From: Clostridia bacterium
Lineage (GTDB): Bacteria > Bacillota > Clostridia > Christensenellales > CAG-917
Reading direction: 5' to 3'
Assembly (NCBI GenBank): GCA_900769205.1
Contig: CAAGFS010000028.1
Location: 1-24,632, forward strand
DNA: 24,632 bases
Below are positions 8,478 to 16,805 of this stretch, piece by piece. Position 1 is the first letter of the stretch; each line of letters opens with the position of its first letter. Position numbers and translations under genes: made by a program. The notes under the pieces were generated by a model. It did no database searches. It was not told the origin of the DNA and saw only the letters and a list, made by a program, of their open reading frames with translations.

Positions 8478-8574
8478 GCCCATATCATTCAGAAGCAACC
8501 AAAACAGCAAACGCACAACCAACGGGGGAAAATAACCGGAAATGCCACAAAATATTGTGGTGAAGGAGCGCGCT

Positions 8575-9153
8575 ATGAAGATTTTGGAGGAGCGCATACT
8601 GAGAGATGGCAAGGTGAAAGCCGGAAACATTCTCAAAGTGGGCGGATTTCTAAATCATCTTATTGACAATCAATTGTTGGATGAGATCGGAAAGGAAATT
8701 TCTGCGCTCTTTTGCGGGCAGAACATCACGAAAATACTAACCATAGAAGCATCGGGCATAGCCATAGCGTGTGCGGCAGCACACTATGTGAATGCGCCGG
8801 TGCTTTTTGCTAAGAAAAGCAAGACCATCAACATCTCCAACGATTGCTATCACGCCGAAGTTTATTCCTACACGCATCAGGTGTCAAAAACCATTATGGT
8901 TGAAAAGGACTTTATCTCAAAAGACGACAAAGTCCTTATCGTCGATGACTTTTTGGCAAACGGCGCTGCGATTGCGGGGCTTTTGAGCATAGTCGAGCAG
9001 TCGGGAGCGTCTTTGGTCGGATGCGCGGTCGCAATCGAAAAAGGTTTCCAGGGCGGCGGGGACGAGTTGCGCGAAAAGGGCGTCGTCGTCAAGAGCCTTG
9101 CAATCATAGATTCGATGGACGAAAACGGCAAAATCGTTTTCAGACAACAATGA
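8575..9153 (+). CDS. xpt: xanthine phosphoribosyltransferase
   Basis: LKVGGFLNH, TIEASGIA, FAKK, PRPP-binding VLIVDDFLANG and IEKGFQ. Start set at ATG 8575 after AAGGAG rather than 8542. Confidence 0.92.
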   Translation: MKILEERILRDGKVKAGNILKVGGFLNHLIDNQLLDEIGKEISALFCGQNITKILTIEASGIAIACAAAHYVNAPVLFAKKSKTINISNDCYHAEVYSYTHQVSKTIMVEKDFISKDDKVLIVDDFLANGAAIAGLLSIVEQSGASLVGCAVAIEKGFQGGGDELREKGVVVKSLAIIDSMDENGKIVFRQQ

Positions 9154-9224
9154 CGTTTGCGCCTTGGGGCGTGAATATACCAAAAACAAAAATGCCGAAC
9201 GGCAAAATAAAAAGGAGAAACCGT

Positions 9225-10454
9225 ATGAAAAAGAAAGTATTGGCAATCGTGATTTGCCTTGCACTCGTCGCAGCTCTCGCAGTCGGCCTTGTGGCTTGCA
9301 ACAACGAAGAAGACCGCGTTGTAAACCTTAAGGCAATTGCAAAAGAAGACATCAAAGTCGGTCTTATCTGCTTGCATGACGAACAATCCACTTATGACAA
9401 AAACTTCATCGACGCAATGTATGAAGCAGTTGACAGTCTCGGACTCAACAGAGACCAACTCGTCATCAGAACAGGTATCCCCGAAGAAGAAGCTTGCTAC
9501 AACGAAGCAGTTGACCTTGTCGAACTCGGATGCAACATCATCTTTGCCGATTCTTTCGGTCATGAATCTTTCCTTATGAGAGCGGCATACGAATATCCCG
9601 ACGTTCGTTTCTGCCACGCAACCGGCACGCAGGCTCACACCGCAGATTACGGCAACTACTACAACGCGTTTGCTTCCATCTATGAAGGCAGATATCTCGC
9701 AGGCGTTGCTGCAGGTCTGAAACTCGTCGAACTCTACGGCGACGCAGAAAACAAAGTTTCCAACGAAAACGCAAAAATCGGTTATGTCGGAGCATTCCCC
9801 TATGCAGAAGTCAAATCCGGTTATACCTCTTTCTTCCTCGGCGTGCAATCAATCGTCCCCAACGCCACCATGGACGTCAAGTTTACTTCCAGCTGGTATG
9901 ACGAACCCGCAGAAAAAGCCACCGCACTCTCGCTCATCAAAGGCGGCTGCAAACTCATCAGCCAACACGCAGACTCCATGGGCGCTCCCACCGCTTGCAA
10001 GGAACAAGGTATCCCCAACGTCACCTACAACATCAGCACGGAATCCGATTGCGCAGACACCTATATTGCAGGTTGCAGAATCAACTGGGCACCCTACTAC
10101 AAATACGTCATTGAAAGCGCAATGAACAACACGACCATCGATTACGACTACGTCGGCACTCTCGCAACCGGCTCCGTCGAACTTCTCGACCTTGGCGCCG
10201 CAGCGGCACCCGGCACGGCAGAAAAACTTGCGAAAGTTGAAGCGGCTCTCACAAACGGCACTCTCAACGTGTTTGCAACCGCAAACTTCAAAGTGAACGG
10301 ACAAACTCTCACCGAATACCTTGCAGACGTTGACGACGACGGCACTTTCACTCCTGAAACACAGGTTATTGCAAATGGCGTCTTTGAAGAATCCAAACAT
10401 CGTTCCGCACCGTATTTCGACATCAATATCGACGGTATCACCATTTTGCAATAA
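9225..10454 (+). CDS. BMP-family ABC transporter substrate-binding lipoprotein (purine/nucleoside)
   Basis: SD AAGGAG then MKKK, hydrophobic signal and LVAC lipobox. Motifs DSFGH, YEGRYLAGVAAG, SWYD and ISQHADS. True start is 9225, not 9021. Confidence 0.9.
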   Translation: MKKKVLAIVICLALVAALAVGLVACNNEEDRVVNLKAIAKEDIKVGLICLHDEQSTYDKNFIDAMYEAVDSLGLNRDQLVIRTGIPEEEACYNEAVDLVELGCNIIFADSFGHESFLMRAAYEYPDVRFCHATGTQAHTADYGNYYNAFASIYEGRYLAGVAAGLKLVELYGDAENKVSNENAKIGYVGAFPYAEVKSGYTSFFLGVQSIVPNATMDVKFTSSWYDEPAEKATALSLIKGGCKLISQHADSMGAPTACKEQGIPNVTYNISTESDCADTYIAGCRINWAPYYKYVIESAMNNTTIDYDYVGTLATGSVELLDLGAAAAPGTAEKLAKVEAALTNGTLNVFATANFKVNGQTLTEYLADVDDDGTFTPETQVIANGVFEESKHRSAPYFDINIDGITILQ

Positions 10455-10475
10455 TTGAACGATATATCATACTGA

Positions 10476-10503
10476 GTTTGGCGGAGCTTTTGCTCCGCCA
10501 AAC
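10476..10503 (+). other. intercistronic stem-loop (mRNA stabiliser/attenuator) after the binding-protein gene
   Basis: Perfect 12-bp GTTTGGCGGAGC-TTTT-GCTCCGCCAAAC without an immediate U tract. Confidence 0.65.
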
Positions 10504-10524
10504 AAGTTTTAATCAGAGGAAAAT

Positions 10525-12285
10525 ATGGACAATCCCGTAATTTTGCAGATGAAGGGAATTACCAAGCGTTTCGGAAGCAAAGTGATTGCCAACAACAACG
10601 TTGACCTTGACTTGCGCAAGGGCGAAGTGCTGGCAATACTCGGCGAAAACGGAAGCGGTAAGACAACTTTGATGAATATGCTTATAGGCATATATCGTCA
10701 GGACGAAGGACAGATTTTCATAGACGGCAAAGAAGTGGAAATTTTATCGCCCAAAGACGCCTACAAGCACAAAATCGGAATGGTGCATCAGCACTTCAAA
10801 CTCATAGACGTTTTCACTGCCGCGGACAACGTTATTCTGGGCGAAAAAGCACCCGATTTTTCCGTTGTCGAGCAAGCAAAGCTCATAAAAGAAAACGCCG
10901 AAAAACAAAATCAACAAGCCGATAACTACAATCCCGACGAACACGCGGGAGTTTTGTCGTATTTGAAAGCTCCGAAAAAACAGAGCAAGCTTTCAACCGC
11001 AATGAAAATCGCGGCGTTGCCGTTCAAGAAAATTGCAAACAAATTGCAATTCGAGTGGCTTCGCAAAAATCGTGCCAAAGATTTGCAGAGCATTGCAAAC
11101 AAGTACGGCTTCGACATCGATCTGAACGAGAAAATATACAACCTGTCAGTAAGCGAAAAACAGGCTGTCGAAATAATCAAGGTGCTTTACAGGGGGGCGG
11201 ATATTCTCATACTCGACGAGCCCACCGCCGTCCTGACACCGCAGGAAATTGAAAAACTGTTCAACGTCGTGCGCAATATGCGTGCGGACGGCAAATCAAT
11301 CATCATCATCACGCACAAGCTCAACGAAGTGATGGAAATCAGCGACAGAGTGGCGGTGCTCCGCAAAGGCGAGCATATCGCAACCGTCGAAACGGCGCAA
11401 ACGGATGAAAAACAACTCACCGAGATGATGGTCGGCAAAAAAATCGACCTTAACATCGACAGGACGACTCCGCACGACGTCGAAGACAGGCTTGTCGTGT
11501 ATCATCTCAACGCAATCAATCACGAAGGCGTCAAGGTGCTTGACGACATTTCTTTCACCGCACGCTCGGGCGAAATCCTGGGTATTGCGGGTATCGCGGG
11601 AAGTGGTCAGAAAGAACTTCTCGAAGCGATTGCAGGACTTCAAAAACTCAATTCGGGCGATATCATCTATTACGACCCGACAAAAAACAACGAAGAAGTG
11701 GATCTGCGCTCCAAAACACCCGTTCAGATACGCGAGTTGGGCGTCAGGCTCTCCTTCGTGCCCGAGGACAGACTCGGCATGGGACTGGTGGGAAATATGG
11801 ACATCACCGACAACATGATGCTCCGCTCGTACAGAAAGGGCATCCCCGTGTTCCTTGACAGAAAAAATCCCAAAGAACTTGCCGAGCGTATCATCAGCGA
11901 ATTGCAGGTGTCAACGCCTTCGACGTCCACTCCCGTCAGACGTTTGTCGGGCGGAAACGTGCAGAAGGTGCTCGTGGGCAGAGAGATTGCCGCCGCGCCG
12001 ACCGTGCTTATGGCGGCTTATCCCGTGCGCGGACTCGATATCAATTCTTCATACACGATATACAATCTTCTCAACGAGCAGAAAGAAAAGGGCGTTGCCG
12101 TCATTTTCGTGGGAGAAGACCTCGACGTGCTTATAGACCTTTGCGACAGAATCATGGTGCTTTGCGGCGGAAAGGTGTCGGGCATCGTGGACGCAAGAGC
12201 AGTGAAAAAGGAACAATTGGGATTGCTTATGGTGAAACGCGACGATAAGACGCCCGATCCCGAGGAGGAAGTCGATGGCGAATAA
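10525..12285 (+). CDS. ABC transporter ATP-binding protein (two-domain CUT2/nucleoside type) with an insertion
   Basis: Walker A GENGSGKT, GMVHQHF Q-loop, ILDEPT, second domain VPEDR and LSGGNVQK. Confidence 0.92.
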   Translation: MDNPVILQMKGITKRFGSKVIANNNVDLDLRKGEVLAILGENGSGKTTLMNMLIGIYRQDEGQIFIDGKEVEILSPKDAYKHKIGMVHQHFKLIDVFTAADNVILGEKAPDFSVVEQAKLIKENAEKQNQQADNYNPDEHAGVLSYLKAPKKQSKLSTAMKIAALPFKKIANKLQFEWLRKNRAKDLQSIANKYGFDIDLNEKIYNLSVSEKQAVEIIKVLYRGADILILDEPTAVLTPQEIEKLFNVVRNMRADGKSIIIITHKLNEVMEISDRVAVLRKGEHIATVETAQTDEKQLTEMMVGKKIDLNIDRTTPHDVEDRLVVYHLNAINHEGVKVLDDISFTARSGEILGIAGIAGSGQKELLEAIAGLQKLNSGDIIYYDPTKNNEEVDLRSKTPVQIRELGVRLSFVPEDRLGMGLVGNMDITDNMMLRSYRKGIPVFLDRKNPKELAERIISELQVSTPSTSTPVRRLSGGNVQKVLVGREIAAAPTVLMAAYPVRGLDINSSYTIYNLLNEQKEKGVAVIFVGEDLDVLIDLCDRIMVLCGGKVSGIVDARAVKKEQLGLLMVKRDDKTPDPEEEVDGE

Positions 12286-13546
12286 AATCAGTGAAAGAAT
12301 ATTGCACAACTCGTATTTCCACGTTTCCAAACGCACGGATATGCCAAAGTGGCAGGCGTGGCTTATCAGACTCGGATCCGTTGTCGTCGCACTTTTCATC
12401 AGCGCGATAGTGAGCAGCATTCTCAAACCTGGCACTTTCGGAGCGTTCATTCAAAACCTGTTTCTCGGCACGTTCGGCACTCCGAATCGCGTGCTGAAAC
12501 TGTTCCAGAACGTTGCGGTGCTTCTTCTCATATCCCTTGCCGTCACACCTGCGTTCAAGATGAAGTTCTGGAACATCGGAGCGGAAGGTCAAGTGCTTAT
12601 CGGCGGACTTATGTCGGTCGTTTGCATCAAATATCTCGGCGGAAAAATCGACAATTCCTTGCTTATCGTCATTATGCTTGCGGCAAGCATCGTCGGCGGT
12701 TCGTTGTGGGCGGTCATTCCCGCGCTTTTCAAAGCGAAGTGGAACACGAACGAAACCCTTTTCACCCTTATGATGAACTACATCGCAATGGGGCTTATCT
12801 CTATCTGCATCGCGATGTGGGTGACGAGCGGTTCGCAAAATCTCGGCGTGCTGAAATACGGACATTTCCCCAAAATCGGCGGGTACAACTACATTCTCAA
12901 CATCATCATCGTTGCGGTGATTACGGTGCTCGTCGCGGTGTATCTGAGATACAGCAAACACGGCTATGAACTGACGGTCGTCGGCGAGAGCCGAAACACC
13001 GCAAAGTATATCGGAATCAACGTGTCAAAAGTCATCGTCAGGACGATGTTCCTTTCGGGTGCGTTGGCGGGCATCGCGGGTTGGATACTCGTGGGCGGAA
13101 CGGGACACACGCTTTCAACTTCCACGGCGGGCGGTATGGGCTTCACGGCGATACTCGTCAGCTGGCTTGCAAATTTCAATCCGCTGTCAATGGTGTTCAC
13201 GGCGTTTCTCGTGCAGTTTTTCAACATCGGGTCGGCGTTTTCCGCGTCGAACTTCGGCTTTGGAACGGCGTTTCCCGACATCATCACGGGCGTGTTCTTC
13301 TTTGTGATTATAGCAAGCGAGTTCTTTGTCAACTATCGCGTTTTGTTCAACAAATCGCTTTTGCCGAAAAGAAAAAAGAAAGTCCTTGCAACTCAAACCG
13401 CTTGCATCGGTTGTGAAGGAGCGGATTGCAATACGGACGACGAGTGCGAAAGCGTTGGCAACTGCGAAACGAAAGACGATAGCGAAAACGCAAACGACAA
13501 TATCTCTTGCGATTGTGAAAAATCCGATAAGGAGGTGACCGAATAA
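12275..13546 (+). CDS. ABC transporter permease (nucleoside type) with Cys/acidic C-terminal tail
   Basis: WNIGAEGQ, NETLFTLMMNY and GYELTVVGES motifs, multiple TM helices. Confidence 0.9.
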   Translation: MANKISERILHNSYFHVSKRTDMPKWQAWLIRLGSVVVALFISAIVSSILKPGTFGAFIQNLFLGTFGTPNRVLKLFQNVAVLLLISLAVTPAFKMKFWNIGAEGQVLIGGLMSVVCIKYLGGKIDNSLLIVIMLAASIVGGSLWAVIPALFKAKWNTNETLFTLMMNYIAMGLISICIAMWVTSGSQNLGVLKYGHFPKIGGYNYILNIIIVAVITVLVAVYLRYSKHGYELTVVGESRNTAKYIGINVSKVIVRTMFLSGALAGIAGWILVGGTGHTLSTSTAGGMGFTAILVSWLANFNPLSMVFTAFLVQFFNIGSAFSASNFGFGTAFPDIITGVFFFVIIASEFFVNYRVLFNKSLLPKRKKKVLATQTACIGCEGADCNTDDECESVGNCETKDDSENANDNISCDCEKSDKEVTE

Positions 13547-14526
13547 TGTTTCTGACCTTTTTGAGAGAATCTTTGAGATTCAGCACCGTTTTCTTGTACG
13601 GTTCGACCGGCGAAACAATCACTCAAAAGAGCGGACATCTCAATCTCGGCACTCCGGGCGTTATGTGCATCGGAGCAGTCGGCGGTTGTCTCGGCGAGTT
13701 CTGGTATATCAAATCCTTGTCCGATCTGAGCATGATGAACGGCTTTTTGGCGGTGATAATCCCAATACTTTCTTCAATTCTGTTCGGCGGACTTGCGGGA
13801 CTGTTGTTCAGCTTCTTCACGGTGACTCTGCATTGCAACCAAAACGTCACAGGTCTTACGATAACCACTTTCGGCATCGGGCTCACAAAGTTCGTGCTCG
13901 GAAACCTTGACAATACGGGCTTCTCGCAAGCGTCGAAATACTTCATTCAGTCTTTCCCGTGCGCGTCGGACAACTGGTTTACACAGCTGTTCTTCTCCTA
14001 CGGCACGCTTGTTTATCTTGCTCTTGCGATCGCGATAATCACGACGATCATTTTCAAAAAGACGAGAGTGGGGCTCAGCTTGCGCGCAGTCGGCGAAAAT
14101 CCCGCCACCGCAGACGCCGCGGGCATAAACGTGTCGAAATACAGATACGTTGCGACGATAATCGGTTGCGCGGTTTCGGGACTCGGCGGACTTTTCTACG
14201 TCATGGACTGCAACGGCGGAAGCATTGGCAACATCGCTCTCACGGTCGAATCTTTCGGTTGGCTTGCCGTCGCGCTCGTCATCTTCTCGTTGTGGAAACC
14301 GTCCTGGGGCATACTCGGCTCGATTCTTTTCAGTCTTTTGTATCTTTTGCCCAACTATTTCTCCATATCGACTGCCACCGCAAACGCAACCGCAATGAAA
14401 GAGTTTATGAAACTCTTGCCCTACATCGTCACAATACTTGTTCTCATCGTCACGAGCCTTGTCAACAAGAGAGAAACTCAAGCGCCGGCCGGGCTGGGGG
14501 TGTCTTATTATCGCGAAGACAGATAA
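13546..14526 (+). CDS. ABC transporter permease (nucleoside type)
   Basis: GETITQKSGHLNLG, LRAVGENPATADAAGINV, GWLAVALV and LPY motifs. TAATG coupling and SD AAGGAGG. Confidence 0.92.
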   Translation: MFLTFLRESLRFSTVFLYGSTGETITQKSGHLNLGTPGVMCIGAVGGCLGEFWYIKSLSDLSMMNGFLAVIIPILSSILFGGLAGLLFSFFTVTLHCNQNVTGLTITTFGIGLTKFVLGNLDNTGFSQASKYFIQSFPCASDNWFTQLFFSYGTLVYLALAIAIITTIIFKKTRVGLSLRAVGENPATADAAGINVSKYRYVATIIGCAVSGLGGLFYVMDCNGGSIGNIALTVESFGWLAVALVIFSLWKPSWGILGSILFSLLYLLPNYFSISTATANATAMKEFMKLLPYIVTILVLIVTSLVNKRETQAPAGLGVSYYREDR

Positions 14527-14541
14527 AAATCGTTGCAAATG

Positions 14542-14575
14542 AAAGAGCATTGCAGTTACTGCAATGCTCTTTTTG
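14542..14575 (+). terminator. intrinsic terminator of the xpt-ABC operon
   Basis: AAAGAGCATTGCAG-TTA-CTGCAATGCTCTTTTT. Confidence 0.85.
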
Positions 14576-14598
14576 TTTGCTAGATTTTTATCTCGCTA

Positions 14599-14831
14599 AC
14601 CGCGCCGAAAATCTTTGCTATCAGTTTAGGCAAGGACAAAAAACTCAAGCCACAGTTCCGCAAGATTTATCGGCTTGGTGATTGTAGGGTGGGACACCCA
14701 CACCCGAAAAATGCGCTATTGAGCGAACAACTTCGGCAGAGCAGTGCTCCCGTCAACTCATGTACTAAATGTACATTAGGGTTGCCGTTAGCGTGGTTCT
14801 TTCTTGTTTTTCATCTCAATATCGCGTTTTT
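14599..14831. repeat. cluster of long imperfect palindromes (hairpin elements) in a convergent intergenic region
   Basis: Hairpin 1 14599-14679 (GCCGA-AAATCTTTGC ... GCAAGATTT-A-TCGGC), GTAG-GGTGGGACACCCACACCC at 14684-14705, hairpin 2 14707-14831 (see findings). Confidence 0.6.
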
Positions 14832-14877
14832 ATTATAATCCTTACAATACTTTTTCTCGCTAATGGGTCGGAAATAC

Positions 14878-14910
14878 AAAAAAATAAAAAACGCACTTTG
14901 CGTGCGCTTT
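14878..14910 (-). terminator. intrinsic terminator for the minus-strand CDF-yhbY-small ORF unit
   Basis: Minus strand GCGCAC-GCAAA-GTGCGT followed by a long T tract, directly after the small-ORF stop. Confidence 0.7.
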
Positions 14911-15099
14911 TCACCAGTCTTCGCGGTGGTTGATTTTTACGTCGTCGTAATACTCAAAGTACTTTTGCTTGTATCTTTGTGTTTCGGAGCGGTGGCGTTT
15001 AAGCTCCTCACGGGCGTGTTTCTGTGCTTGCGTGAGTTCGCTCTCGTCTTTTTCCGCCTTTTCGTTCAGGGGAGTGAGTCTTGCTTTTTCGTAGTCCAT
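14911..15099 (-). CDS. small hypothetical protein (62 aa)
   Basis: Co-oriented 60 nt downstream of yhbY, followed directly by a terminator. Charged helical sequence ending YFEYYDDVKINHREDW. No clear SD. Confidence 0.6.
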   Translation of the reverse strand: MDYEKARLTPLNEKAEKDESELTQAQKHAREELKRHRSETQRYKQKYFEYYDDVKINHREDW

Positions 15100-15159
15100 T
15101 GCCGTGTCGTTTGCCGTTTACTGTTCACGCCGCGTCCTTTCGTGGCGTGGCGCGTTTTA

Positions 15160-15453
15160 TCAAATCTCGATATGTTCAACGTCGTCGCGGGTGCTACGCT
15201 TGTAGATGACCACTTTGTTGCCGATCGCGGTGACGGGTTCCGCACCGGTCAGACGGCATATCTCGTCCAACACGACTTTGGTGGGAGTTTCCGCATTGCG
15301 AAGGACGGAAATCTTGACAAGCTCGTGCAATTCGAGCGCAAGACAAATGTCTTTCACCTGATTGTCGCCGATGCCGTTTTTTCCTATTTGAAATATCGGG
15401 TTTACGTTTTGCGCCAGACTGCGAAGGCGCGCGCGTTGTGCACTTGTTATCAT
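15160..15453 (-). CDS. yhbY: YhbY/CRM-domain RNA-binding protein (ribosome assembly)
   Basis: 97 aa with ITSAQRARLRSLA, QIGKNG, HELVKISVL and IGNKVVIYK. SD AAGGAG. Confidence 0.92.
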   Translation of the reverse strand: MITSAQRARLRSLAQNVNPIFQIGKNGIGDNQVKDICLALELHELVKISVLRNAETPTKVVLDEICRLTGAEPVTAIGNKVVIYKRSTRDDVEHIEI

Positions 15454-15507
15454 ATATAGCTCCTTTTGTGTTCAAATCATAGCATTTTTGTGCCGTATAT
15501 GCAACCG

Positions 15508-16689
15508 CTATGACATTTTTCTGTCCATTTCGATGACAAAATAATATTTTGTTTCGTCGTTTTCAAACTCTTTTTCCATTGCCTCGTGCACGTTCTGCAG
15601 ATTGATTTTGCTGTCGTAGGGGATCACGACGTCAAAAACCAGATTGGTGTGCGATTCGCCTTTGACCATTCTGAAATCGTGCAGAGTGACGCTATCGTCA
15701 AGTGCGGACAGGGCGGATTGAGCGCGTTGTTTAAGCAAGGCGAGCTGCTCGTTTTTGGTGTCCACGGGGTCCATGTGTAGGTTGAGCCTGACGTGCATCT
15801 CGTCCCACATATCGTGCTCGATGTTGTCGATGATATCGTGGCTTTTGAGAATATCGACGTCGGCGGGCACTTCGACGTGCGCGATGGCAAAGCAGTGGCT
15901 TGCGCCGTAGCTGTGCACAACAAGGTCGTGTACGCCGATGACGCCGTCGTAAGAAAGAATCTTGTCCGTGATTTTATCGACGAGTTCCTTTGGCGGCTTT
16001 TCGCCTAGAAGGGGCGAAACGGCGTCTTTGAGAAGGGATATGCTCGACACTATGATAAACAGCGACACGATGATACCCATGATGCCGTCCACGCTGACTT
16101 TCGGGTCGATTTTGTCGCCTGCAACGCCTATGATGATTGCGGACACAAGCACTCCCAAAGTGGTGAGAGCGTCGTTTCTGCTGTCCTGTGCGGACGCTTT
16201 GAGCGCGCTTGACGATATGGCTTTTGAAAAGTCGATATACACGAGCATCTGAAACAGTTTGAGAGCGATGCTTACGCCAAGTACGGCGTACGTAAACGCG
16301 TTGACGACGACGGGAGTGGGGGTGACGCATTTTTCGATTGACGATTTGAGAAGGGTTGCGCCGATAAACAAAATCATGACGGACACCAGAAGCCCCGTGA
16401 CGTATTCGTATCTTGCGTGGCCGAAAGGATGGTCCTTGTCGGGCGGTGTGCTTGACAGCTTGAATCCGACGAGCGTGACGACGCTGCTCCCCGCGTCCGA
16501 CAAGTTGTTGATTGCGTCCGCAATGATGGTTATGCTTCCGCCGATTATGCCCGCGATGAGTTTTATCGTGCAGAGAATTCCGTTTGTGATGATGCCGAAA
16601 ATGCCCGCACAAATCCCGTAGCGATTGCGCACTTTGGGGTCGGACACGTTGTCGCAATCTTTTATAAACAATTTGCGAAGAAATTTCAT
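15508..16689 (-). CDS. cation diffusion facilitator (CDF) metal exporter
   Basis: DAINNLSD, PPDKDHPFGHARYEY, DSRND and two C-terminal dimerisation-type domains. ATG 16689 preferred (GGAG upstream); GTG 16698 possible. Confidence 0.92.
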   Translation of the reverse strand: MKFLRKLFIKDCDNVSDPKVRNRYGICAGIFGIITNGILCTIKLIAGIIGGSITIIADAINNLSDAGSSVVTLVGFKLSSTPPDKDHPFGHARYEYVTGLLVSVMILFIGATLLKSSIEKCVTPTPVVVNAFTYAVLGVSIALKLFQMLVYIDFSKAISSSALKASAQDSRNDALTTLGVLVSAIIIGVAGDKIDPKVSVDGIMGIIVSLFIIVSSISLLKDAVSPLLGEKPPKELVDKITDKILSYDGVIGVHDLVVHSYGASHCFAIAHVEVPADVDILKSHDIIDNIEHDMWDEMHVRLNLHMDPVDTKNEQLALLKQRAQSALSALDDSVTLHDFRMVKGESHTNLVFDVVIPYDSKINLQNVHEAMEKEFENDETKYYFVIEMDRKMS

Positions 16690-16757
16690 TTCAGTCACTC
16701 TCCAAAACAGTTTATAAATAAAATACTATCAAACGTGACAATAGTCAACGGATTGAC

Positions 16758-16789
16758 GAAAAAAAGACGGCGTATCATACGCCGCCTTT
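16758..16789 (-). terminator. intrinsic terminator of the pot operon
   Basis: Minus strand AAAGGCGGCGTA-TGA-TACGCCGTCTTTTTTT just after the potD stop. Confidence 0.8.
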
Positions 16790-16805
16790 CAAAAACAGGT
16801 TTTGC

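Noticed and set aside
8127..8666. 179-aa ORF spanning the aminopeptidase-xpt spacer
   Set aside because: Crosses a terminator and a consensus promoter, overlaps both genes, and has no SD or protein-like composition.
9021..9224. N-terminal extension of the BMP lipoprotein in the ORF track
   Set aside because: Overlaps xpt. The SD and signal peptide place the start at 9225.
13959..14681. 240-aa alternative-frame ORF running into the structured intergenic region
   Set aside because: Out-of-frame overlap with the permease, crosses its terminator, and has an Arg-rich shadow composition.
14863..15459. 198-aa hydrophobic ORF on +
   Set aside because: Antisense to yhbY and the small ORF, begins across a terminator, no SD.
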